A DNA stretch of 64,000 bases from Spirochaetota bacterium (GTDB taxonomy: Bacteria > Spirochaetota > UBA4802 > UBA5550). Of this stretch, positions 1 to 10,052 are shown one piece after another. Within the stretch, counting starts at the first letter, position 1; each line of letters opens with the position of its first letter. Under the pieces are notes generated by a model. The model did no database searches. It was not told the origin of the DNA and worked only from the letters and a program-made list of their open reading frames with translations. Where the stretch lies: positions 2,816,001-2,880,000 of the forward strand of contig CAXXHB010000003.1 in assembly GCA_963664815.2 (NCBI GenBank). Reading direction: 5' to 3'. The translations under genes were made by a program, and so were the position numbers.

Positions 1-542
1 TAAACCTGCCCTTATTTTCAAAATTATTTTCATGATGTAACAAATTAATCCCGGTTTCACAATGGTACTTCCATAATCGTGATAATTTTTACTTACGCCA
101 AGACTATTTTCTTTACTATAAAAATATCTTCAATTAAAATATTAGCAAACTATAAAAAAGAGTAAATCATCAGGAATACCCTTTTTTTCATTATTAATTC
201 CTTAATATATATTTCAATGCAAAATAAACGATTATTTCTCTCATCCGCCTTCGACGACGGAGAGATCAGAGTACTTTATTTTATAAACCAATTAAGGAAT
301 AATTATTGATTTTTATTAAAACCGCTTGATTATACCTGTAAAGTATCAATAATTAAATAATATTCCTCTTTATATTACTGTTATTTTAGAAAATAATACT
401 GACAAGAATTATTATTGACACTCATAGATTAAGTTTTTAAATAAACACAGACTGCACGAATCATATAATTATTGACAAAAAAATCCTCAATATCAAAACC
501 GGGCAGTTAAATACAATAGTTAAATAAGGTAAATACATTAAG

Positions 543-1808
543 ATGAATATTTTCGCGCAGGCAAAAAGAGGTGTCATTTCAGAAGAGATTAATACTATCG
601 CCATTGATGAATCTGTTCCGGTAGATGAATTAATGAAAAACTTTTCAACAGGGAAAGTTTCTATTATGAAAAACCGCCTGAGAAAGATTAAGCCTGTAGC
701 TGTAGGTAAAGGTTTAAGAACAAAAATCAATGCAAATATAGGAACATCTCCCGATCTGTTTAATCTGGAAACAGAACTTGAAAAACTTGACGCCGCAGTT
801 AAAGCCGGAGCTGACGCCGTGATGGATCTCAGCACCGGCGGGGACCTTTCACTATTCAGAAAAAAGATTCTTGAAAATTCGCCTGTTCCACTCGGCACTG
901 TTCCGATATATGAAACAGCAGTGAAGATGGTTGCACAGAAAAAACCGATGACAGAAATGAAAATAGATGACTTCATGAATGTTATAAGAATACAGGCTGA
1001 AGAGGGTGTCGATTTTATGACCATCCATTCAGGTGTTACTCTTGCATCTGTTCAGTCTCTTCATTCGCAGAAAAGAATTACCGGGATAACAAGCAGAGGC
1101 GGGGCAATACTCGCGGAGTGGATGAAATTCAACAGGCGGGAAAACCCGCTCTTCGAATATTATGATGAAATACTTGATATTCTGGCTGAATATAATGTTG
1201 TCATCAGCCTCGGTGACGGCCTCAGACCCGGATCAATTCACGATGCCAGTGACAGAGGTCAGCTCCATGAGATGATAATACTCGGAGATCTTGCAAGGCG
1301 GGCAAGAGAAAAAAACGTACAGGTTATCATTGAAGGACCCGGGCATATGCCTCTTGATATGGTTGCAGACAATATACGCCTTGAGAAGAAACTCTGCGAT
1401 GAGGCTCCATACTATGTTCTCGGACCGCTAGTGACAGACATTGCCCCCGGTTATGACCATATTACAGGCGCAATCGGAGGATCTATAGCCGCTGCATCGG
1501 GAGCAGATTTTCTCTGCTATGTAACGCCTGCCGAACATTTAAGACTCCCCGATGTTAACGATGTCAGGGAGGGGGTTATAGCCTCAAGAATAGCGGCTCA
1601 TGCCGGCGATATAGTCAAATACGGGTCAAAAGCATCCAGGCTTGATGACGATATGTCACGGGCCAGAAAAGACAGGAACTGGGCGGGGATGTATAACGTT
1701 GCTATTGACCGTGAGAAAGCCGAAAGATACAGAAATGCGGTGCAATCATGTGAGGACGATCAATGTTCCATGTGCGGAGAATTCTGTTCAATGAAAAGAG
1801 ACTACTGA
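543..1808 (+). CDS. thiC: Phosphomethylpyrimidine synthase ThiC (short form)
   Basis: KINANIGTS, DAVMDLSTGGD, GTVPIY, SLGDGLRPG, EGPGH, APGYDHIT, CYVTPAEHL motifs and C-terminal CSMCGEFC Fe-S motif. Confidence 0.95.
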   Translation: MNIFAQAKRGVISEEINTIAIDESVPVDELMKNFSTGKVSIMKNRLRKIKPVAVGKGLRTKINANIGTSPDLFNLETELEKLDAAVKAGADAVMDLSTGGDLSLFRKKILENSPVPLGTVPIYETAVKMVAQKKPMTEMKIDDFMNVIRIQAEEGVDFMTIHSGVTLASVQSLHSQKRITGITSRGGAILAEWMKFNRRENPLFEYYDEILDILAEYNVVISLGDGLRPGSIHDASDRGQLHEMIILGDLARRAREKNVQVIIEGPGHMPLDMVADNIRLEKKLCDEAPYYVLGPLVTDIAPGYDHITGAIGGSIAAASGADFLCYVTPAEHLRLPDVNDVREGVIASRIAAHAGDIVKYGSKASRLDDDMSRARKDRNWAGMYNVAIDREKAERYRNAVQSCEDDQCSMCGEFCSMKRDY

Positions 1809-1821
1809 AAGGAGGGATTAA

Positions 1822-2640
1822 ATGTCTGAAGATGCCCATTACTATAATTCTTACAAAGAAGAGAGAGATATCATCCTGGAATACAACCAGATATCTCTTG
1901 AAGACGCGTCCATTGTGAACATACTGAATGTGGGTATTGACAACCTTACAAGACAGCAGGCTGTTTACAGAGTCATAAAAATGATAGAAGATAAGGGCGT
2001 TCATCATGTAATAACGCTCAATCCTTATAAATTATCCCGGATAAAATCCAATAACGATCTTCGGCTGATCTCTGATAAAGCCGATATGCACCTTGCATCC
2101 GGTGCGGGACTTCAATGGGCGGCAAAGATGCTGAAAGACCCGTTAAAAGAACGTGTAGCAATTTTGAGTTTCATGATGGAGATAATCAGACTTGCAGAGA
2201 TAAAAGAGTATGGAATATTTCTTGTCGGAGGGAAACCGGAGATAACTGAAAGAGCTTTTTTCAATATAAAAAAATCGTTCCCGAATATACGGATTGTCGG
2301 AAGACACGGCGGATACTTTAATGCCGACAGAGAAAAATCTGTTATTGAAGCTATAAGAAAATCTGAAGCTAATATTGTATTTGTCGGACTCGGTTTCCCG
2401 AAAGAGGATAAATGGATATATAAAGTTAAAAATGAATTTAAAAATACCGTTTTCATAAGTATCGGCGGGAGCATAGATACCATTTCAGGTGAAATTAAAA
2501 AAGCCCCCCCCTATTTTATGGAAAATGGCCTGGACTGGTTTTACAGAATTATTACAAAACCATGGAGAATTGGAAGGCTTTTAAGGCTTGTAACTTTTTT
2601 TGTCAGTGTAATTTTTAAAAGAATTCTGAAATCCAGATAA
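1822..2640 (+). CDS. WecB/TagA/CpsF family glycosyltransferase
   Basis: VITLNP, IFLVGGKPE, VGRHGGYF, FVGLGFPKED, IGGSID, KKAP..GLDWFYRI motifs; RBS AGGAGG. Confidence 0.9.
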   Translation: MSEDAHYYNSYKEERDIILEYNQISLEDASIVNILNVGIDNLTRQQAVYRVIKMIEDKGVHHVITLNPYKLSRIKSNNDLRLISDKADMHLASGAGLQWAAKMLKDPLKERVAILSFMMEIIRLAEIKEYGIFLVGGKPEITERAFFNIKKSFPNIRIVGRHGGYFNADREKSVIEAIRKSEANIVFVGLGFPKEDKWIYKVKNEFKNTVFISIGGSIDTISGEIKKAPPYFMENGLDWFYRIITKPWRIGRLLRLVTFFVSVIFKRILKSR

Positions 2641-2647
2641 AACATCA

Positions 2648-2686
2648 GCGGGATTTTCATGTAAAACAGATTCCTGAAAATCCCGC
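2648..2686. terminator. Hairpin between convergent genes, probable bidirectional terminator
   Basis: 12-bp inverted repeat GCGGGATTTTCA / TGAAAATCCCGC. Confidence 0.65.
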
Positions 2687-2716
2687 AGCAGTATATTACT
2701 TCTGAAATCTTATATT

Positions 2717-2932
2717 TTACTTTTCAAATTCATTAATACCGGCAGAATTATTCCTGGCAATATCAAGATCTTTTTTTGCAACCTGGCATCTCCCCAGTGT
2801 GAAACCTGGCAAAGTACAACTATTGTTGCATGTCCGGCAGTAAATTATTGCCGAAGCGTTTTCCCATTTTTTTATCTCAACAAACCTTGATCCGCAATTC
2901 CTGCAGAAAACAATTGAAACAAATTCGCTCAT
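2717..2932 (-). CDS. Small zinc-ribbon protein (71 aa)
   Basis: CRNC...CRTC pairs; AAGG RBS; 10 nt downstream of GAF-SpoIIE gene. Confidence 0.7.
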   Translation of the reverse strand: MSEFVSIVFCRNCGSRFVEIKKWENASAIIYCRTCNNSCTLPGFTLGRCQVAKKDLDIARNNSAGINEFEK

Positions 2933-2942
2933 AAATTACCTT

Positions 2943-4235
2943 TTATTTAATAGTAAAAGAAACAACTGATAAATCCTTTCTTCTCTCTACTCCGCCGGCA
3001 AAAGTATAAGCATAATCCAGCAGCGAATCAATGATCTCCCCTTGTGAAACACTCTTTTTTTCAATAAAACGCGTAATACCGGATACTCCGAGCTGTTTCC
3101 CGTCACTATTTTTCAATCCGGGAAGACTGCTCGAAAAAACAATAATTCTGTCACTTTCACGCAGCTGAATTTTAACATTGTCTGCAAAAAAATCACTGCT
3201 TCCGAGAGATCCCCTGAAATGATTATTGAACCGGAGATAAGAGGCTTTGCCATTTCTCATAAGAATCGGGTAAGCATCCCCTGAATTGACAAACTCTATG
3301 CTCATTCCATTTGTATCAATCAGACTGATAAATAATGACAATCCTTCACTATGAGCTATTTCTTCATGAATATGCCTGTTTATTATTCCAATAATTGCAT
3401 CAGGTTTGCGCACATCAAGCTCATACATCCCCTTTATCAGACCGGCAATCATTGAAGCGCGCATTGCGCCTGGAATTCCTCTTATATTTAAATTACCCAG
3501 AATAAGGAGATAGATCCCGTTTTCATACTCCCTGAAAAAATGAAAAGCCCCGCCGACTTCTCTTGCAGATAATGATCTTGCTGCCGCCTCAAACCTTTCA
3601 CTTTCAAAATCGATTGGAGGAGTAAGAGATTCCTGAACAGCTTTTGCCGCATGAAGCTCACTGTCCAGGCGTTCTTCCTCTATTGCCTTCTGAAAAAAAA
3701 TCGCATTCTGAACTGCAAGTGCTGCCTGATTGGAAAAGACCCTGAACAGAGTCATGTCATTTTCGTCAAAAGCGGTTTTGTTGACAGGATTTATTGCCTG
3801 GATAACACCGATGAGTTTTCCCTTAAACAGGAGAGGTGCACACAGAATGGCCCTGGTAATAAAGCCTGTATTTTTATCATACATTGAATCAAATCGCGGA
3901 TCATTATATACATCATTGGCAAGGACGTCTTTTCTGTTAAGAGCTACCCATCCGGCTATCCCCTGCCCCATCTGTACCCTGTATTTCTCCTTCAACTCAT
4001 CTCCGGCCTCGCCCAATGCTACCTTAAATACAAGTTCATCCTTATCTTCATCATAAAGAAGGAGGCTGCTTGTTTCAGTATCCATAATGTCTTTTATCAT
4101 CTCCATAATTATGGATAAAAGGCGATTGATGTTCAAAGTTGAATTTATTATACCATTTATTTCAACAAGCTTGGACAGGCTTTCCACCTGTCTCTCAAGA
4201 GCTTCAAGTTTATTGAGTTTCAGCATATCATTCAT
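2943..4235 (-). CDS. GAF domain + SpoIIE/PP2C-like protein with degenerate catalytic site
   Basis: GAF (GQGIAGWVA, DPRF, LCAPL, IGVIQAIN) followed by coiled linker and SpoIIE-like C-terminus. Confidence 0.88.
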   Translation of the reverse strand: MNDMLKLNKLEALERQVESLSKLVEINGIINSTLNINRLLSIIMEMIKDIMDTETSSLLLYDEDKDELVFKVALGEAGDELKEKYRVQMGQGIAGWVALNRKDVLANDVYNDPRFDSMYDKNTGFITRAILCAPLLFKGKLIGVIQAINPVNKTAFDENDMTLFRVFSNQAALAVQNAIFFQKAIEEERLDSELHAAKAVQESLTPPIDFESERFEAAARSLSAREVGGAFHFFREYENGIYLLILGNLNIRGIPGAMRASMIAGLIKGMYELDVRKPDAIIGIINRHIHEEIAHSEGLSLFISLIDTNGMSIEFVNSGDAYPILMRNGKASYLRFNNHFRGSLGSSDFFADNVKIQLRESDRIIVFSSSLPGLKNSDGKQLGVSGITRFIEKKSVSQGEIIDSLLDYAYTFAGGVERRKDLSVVSFTIK

Positions 4236-4422
4236 TATTAAATATTAAGCCGGAGAATTGATCCTGTCAATGATAATTCTTATTTAGTGCGGGTATTCAC
4301 ACCATATATTTTTTAATTATAATTAAATCATTCAGTAGAATGTTTTAATTATAATCAGAAACACAATATTTCAGATGCTTTAAAACCTGATTATCACAAT
4401 AAACCTGCAGCGCAAGCAGGCA

Positions 4423-6084
<1,662 letters not shown>

Positions 6085-6392
6085 TCATTTTAATAAACGA
6101 TTATGCCTAATTATGTCGCAATTTAAAAGATATTTATATGGTGTAAATAAAAAAAACCGGTTAAAATATCTTTTAAATTATACAATCATGTAAAATTTTC
6201 ATTTATTTTATAACTTATCTGTTTTTAATTCAGTTTGATGACACAAATTTATCAATAAAATAATTTTGTGTATAAATATTGAAAAATATTATATATTACA
6301 ATCAAATTAAAACAAGGCTTGACATTAGCTTGACATTAAAGGATATAAATAGCACAATATTGATGTTCTTAAAGTATTATGGGGGGGTTTAT

Positions 6393-6779
6393 ATGAGCGA
6401 TTCAGATAAAAGAAAACATACACGGTATGCATGCTCAATCAAAACAAAATTTGATTTTTATGTCGGTAATCCTGATGAGATCGATATAAGTATAGAGATA
6501 CCCCAGAAGGGCAAAGGTATAATCATTGATATCAGCTGCGGTGGAGTATTTATTGCAAGCAATACAAGAGTCCCTGCAGGTATGCCTGTTATACTGGATT
6601 TTGTTCTTGATAAAAAAAAGATTAATATTCAGGGTAAAATTGTCAGAACAGGTTTATTAAAAAACAATCCATCAGAAATAGCAAAAAAATTTTCCATGTT
6701 TTCATCCAAAGGTGATTCATACATTGCTGTTGAATTCCTAAAACCTATAGAAGAATTCAACACCATAAAATTAAAATAA
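6393..6779 (+). CDS. Stand-alone PilZ domain (c-di-GMP binding) protein; start at ATG 6393 rather than 6279
   Basis: RxxxR (RKHTR) and DxSxGG (DISCGG) motifs; G-rich RBS before ATG 6393. Confidence 0.85.
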   Translation: MSDSDKRKHTRYACSIKTKFDFYVGNPDEIDISIEIPQKGKGIIIDISCGGVFIASNTRVPAGMPVILDFVLDKKKINIQGKIVRTGLLKNNPSEIAKKFSMFSSKGDSYIAVEFLKPIEEFNTIKLK

Positions 6780-6788
6780 GATTTAAAC

Positions 6789-7649
6789 ATGAAAAAAAGA
6801 ATAATAAGAATCAGCGATGTCTCGCAAATTGATACATCCAAAGTATCAGTTTATGACCTTAATAACAGGTACATAGACCCTCTTGGTAATATTTTCGGAC
6901 TGAGATATAATAAAGACGGCAGGAAGGTTGAAATAATAAAGCTGGAAAGGTTCCATTCCGGTGAAAGCCGTATTTATCAGCAGATATCCAGCCGGCATAA
7001 AGAGGGAAAAGCCGCAGGTGAACTGGCTGATACTGCAAAACAATCTGCAAAAACAGAGGAAAAAGAAGCGGTTCCGGATACATACATTGAGCCGGAAATT
7101 TTTATTGACGATGTAATAAATAATGCCGAAACACACAAAGAAAGAATAGCGGGGATAATCAAAAATATCTACGACTCTGATATCTTCCCGAGAGAAAATA
7201 AACATGAATCTGCTGAGTTTGACGATATTGTGAGAGGTCTTGAAATAGATGGAATTCAGCAGCTTGAAAAACTTGAAACATACTACCGTGAACTTACAAA
7301 TTACCCCAGATCAATTACTTATTATCAGGCAAAAATAGACAATGAAGGAAAACGGCTGTTTGAAAAGCTTGAAGGTAATAAAGAACGAACAATGCATTTT
7401 ATTTTTCTCTATGAAATGTCAACTAATATCAAAAGATTATACAGCAATTTACAAAAGCATATAAACCACCTGAATAATTTTACCGTAAATAAAAACCCTG
7501 ATGACCGACAGAACATGACTAAACATCAGAAACAGTCGTTCATCGATGCAAGAATATCAATAATTAATACAATACAGGATATTGAAGAAATCCTTCAGGA
7601 GAATAACCTTCTCTATTCATATGCATGTAATATAGAAAACTATAAATAA
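6789..7649 (+). CDS. Hypothetical cytoplasmic protein
   Basis: 286-aa ORF 9 nt after PilZ gene; normal codon usage; no recognised family. Confidence 0.75.
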   Translation: MKKRIIRISDVSQIDTSKVSVYDLNNRYIDPLGNIFGLRYNKDGRKVEIIKLERFHSGESRIYQQISSRHKEGKAAGELADTAKQSAKTEEKEAVPDTYIEPEIFIDDVINNAETHKERIAGIIKNIYDSDIFPRENKHESAEFDDIVRGLEIDGIQQLEKLETYYRELTNYPRSITYYQAKIDNEGKRLFEKLEGNKERTMHFIFLYEMSTNIKRLYSNLQKHINHLNNFTVNKNPDDRQNMTKHQKQSFIDARISIINTIQDIEEILQENNLLYSYACNIENYK

Positions 7650-9055
7650 ACCGCTGTAGCTGAAAATGTCAGGAAGCCCTCCCTGATGTTATATTTAATA
7701 TCATTTAACCAGCTCATTTCAAATTTAACATTTTCGGAAGTGAAGATAAGTCCCATCCCGGCTGCAAATATATTTTTACTTCCGCTGTCAGAATTATACA
7801 GCCCCCATTTTATACAGGACGAAATATAAATTGTTCTGTCCAATACTTCATATGCGATATTTCCTCCGCAGACATTCCTGAATGAAGCTATAGAATAATC
7901 TTCATCTCTGCATGGGAACAATCTGTCATAAACATAAAAATGTGAAAACCTCTCTTTATCTGATATATAAAGCAGGTTTCCGTTCAGCGAAAAAAACAAT
8001 CCTGAGAATAGAGGATAATTAAAAATATAACTGATTTTCAGTTTTTCAGAGAATCTTTTTTCGATAAAACTCCATCCTGAATAAAAATCAATCTCACCCG
8101 ATGTAACATCACTATAATCGATTTTATATGAACCGTTATCATAGTTAAGCTTTAATCTTAACCCGGAAAATGAAATACCGCCACTTTTACCGGGATAGTC
8201 AGTCAGTTCATCAACAGTGCCGGCGATAAAAAAGGCCATGGAGGAAGGACCATCCGTAAAACATAAACCGGTTTCCGGTGAAACTGATTTATGCCGGTAA
8301 ATCAGTTCATCATTACCGTAAAAAGAATCCTTTTTGTCATGAACATCCGCAGATAAAATAAAAAATTTATCCCCCGGGGTATTATCTGAATTAAAAAAAA
8401 GACTCCCGCTGTTTATTGTTCTGTCTTCCTGATTCAAAGATGATGCCATTGACAACCCTGCCGTTAATCCCCCATATATAAATCTGTACTTCAATTCAGG
8501 CACTATTCCGTAAACGGGGCTATTATATATCACTGTTTCTATCTCGTTATTCTTTTCAACAGCATGGGCTTCCAGAAATATATTACCATCCTCTCCGCGA
8601 TTTATTGTAATGTTTATTTTCCGCAGATTATATCTCCTCTTTAGAACAGATATATTTTCTTTCAGCTTATATTCGTTAAATAATTCACCTTTCCTGTAAA
8701 GTATATCAACTGCTTCCACCTTTCTGTCAGAAATCCCTGAAACAGTTACACCTGCAACAACCGGTTCATTAAAGAAAAGCTCAACACCTCCGTTTCTGTT
8801 CATTACGACTCTTTTTATACTGAATGCAATATAACCTTTACTGTGATACCTCTCAGTTATCAGGGCACATATTTTTCTGATGTCACTCTCCGTGAGTTTT
8901 TCACTATTTCTGCCGGTAATATCACATATATCCACGACACGGCTGCTTCCGTTGATTATTATCGACGTTGAATCATCAGCTGCTTCACTATTGTTATATA
9001 ACGCTGTAAATAACAACATTATAAGTACTATTACTGTCTTACCGTTTATCACCAA
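7640..9055 (-). CDS. POTRA-domain outer-membrane beta-barrel protein (Omp85/ShlB-like, divergent)
   Basis: Signal peptide; POTRA-like ITERYHSKGY and KGELFNEYKLKENI segments; aromatic amphipathic strands in C-terminal ~300 aa. Confidence 0.65.
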   Translation of the reverse strand: MVINGKTVIVLIMLLFTALYNNSEAADDSTSIIINGSSRVVDICDITGRNSEKLTESDIRKICALITERYHSKGYIAFSIKRVVMNRNGGVELFFNEPVVAGVTVSGISDRKVEAVDILYRKGELFNEYKLKENISVLKRRYNLRKINITINRGEDGNIFLEAHAVEKNNEIETVIYNSPVYGIVPELKYRFIYGGLTAGLSMASSLNQEDRTINSGSLFFNSDNTPGDKFFILSADVHDKKDSFYGNDELIYRHKSVSPETGLCFTDGPSSMAFFIAGTVDELTDYPGKSGGISFSGLRLKLNYDNGSYKIDYSDVTSGEIDFYSGWSFIEKRFSEKLKISYIFNYPLFSGLFFSLNGNLLYISDKERFSHFYVYDRLFPCRDEDYSIASFRNVCGGNIAYEVLDRTIYISSCIKWGLYNSDSGSKNIFAAGMGLIFTSENVKFEMSWLNDIKYNIREGFLTFSATAVYL

Positions 9056-9791
9056 GAATCCGCACTTCCATTTCCGGCGTAATTTTAAATTTAAATATAT
9101 TGTTATCCAGCCTGCCGTTAACCACTATACCGCTGTACTCGGTTACAGTATGAACAATACCTCCGTACGTTCTTGCCTTGAATTCAATTCTTGACGGGAT
9201 ATAAATTCCATTAATCAGAGCATGTTCAGTATACTCTTCCTTTACAATCTCACGCCCTGACTCATCAAGTAAATATTTTCTCCTGATAGTTTTTGAAACC
9301 GGATCAATCCAGAGTATTAGTTTTACTTTACTGTTTTTTGAAGTAATGGAATATACTTCAGCCCTTTTAAAGAAAGAATAGAATATCATACCTTCAGATA
9401 TCACATCTATGTTTTTCAGAAGATCCTGTGGTATCACATTCATCATGATCGGGATTGAACCGTCATTATTTTCCTTTTTTTGTGATCTGAAGAGAATCCT
9501 GCGATCATTATAATACCAGAACAATCCCGAATCATTGACAACAACAGTCTGAATTTCCGGATGGATGTAATCAATTCTTATAAAACCTTTTGAGGCGGCG
9601 AAATAATTACCTGTAAAAACCTCCGCTGACCCGTCTTCCGCATAAATATGCTGAGTAATTGTCGCTTTAATTGTATTAACCGAAATATAGTCTTCAACAA
9701 TTTTCTTAAAATCGGTTACATCACCGTTCACCGGCTGTAATAGTCCGGTAATCAGCATTACAATTAATACTATGTAATTTTTCTTCACCAT
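9039..9791 (-). CDS. LolA-like outer-membrane lipoprotein carrier/sorting protein
   Basis: Signal peptide; TIKATITQ, RIDYIHPEIQTVVVNDSGLFWYY, IPSRIEF, FKFKITPEMEV LolA-fold pattern. Confidence 0.8.
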   Translation of the reverse strand: MVKKNYIVLIVMLITGLLQPVNGDVTDFKKIVEDYISVNTIKATITQHIYAEDGSAEVFTGNYFAASKGFIRIDYIHPEIQTVVVNDSGLFWYYNDRRILFRSQKKENNDGSIPIMMNVIPQDLLKNIDVISEGMIFYSFFKRAEVYSITSKNSKVKLILWIDPVSKTIRRKYLLDESGREIVKEEYTEHALINGIYIPSRIEFKARTYGGIVHTVTEYSGIVVNGRLDNNIFKFKITPEMEVRILGDKR

Positions 9792-10052
9792 AATTCCTTT
9801 AATAACAAAATTTATATAATTGAATACTACTAACTCCCGGCTGTAACAGTTATCATGAAGAGAAAGTTTTTATATCAGTAATATATTTCAGCAGCAATTA
9901 CTGAAATAAAATAATATTTCATGTAAATTCATAAATATATCAACCCTAAATATATTTTTCTTGAAAAATAGTACTGTTTTTCTGCATTTTGTAATTAACA
10001 GCAAAATGGCAATTGTTAAAGTGGCGCCAATATATTGAAACGGTAAATCCAA

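Noticed and set aside
1-33. Possible start of a minus-strand gene (MKIILKIRAGL)
   Set aside because: Only 11 codons visible; cannot be supported
238-272. Small GC-rich hairpin-like tract upstream of thiC as a riboswitch
   Set aside because: Too short and lacks TPP aptamer motifs; at most a REP remnant
6381-6387. G7 tract before PilZ as a phase-variation site
   Set aside because: Poly-G runs also serve as RBS before fliF (37647-37652) and the SCP2 gene (52970-52975), so this looks like a genome-wide SD style
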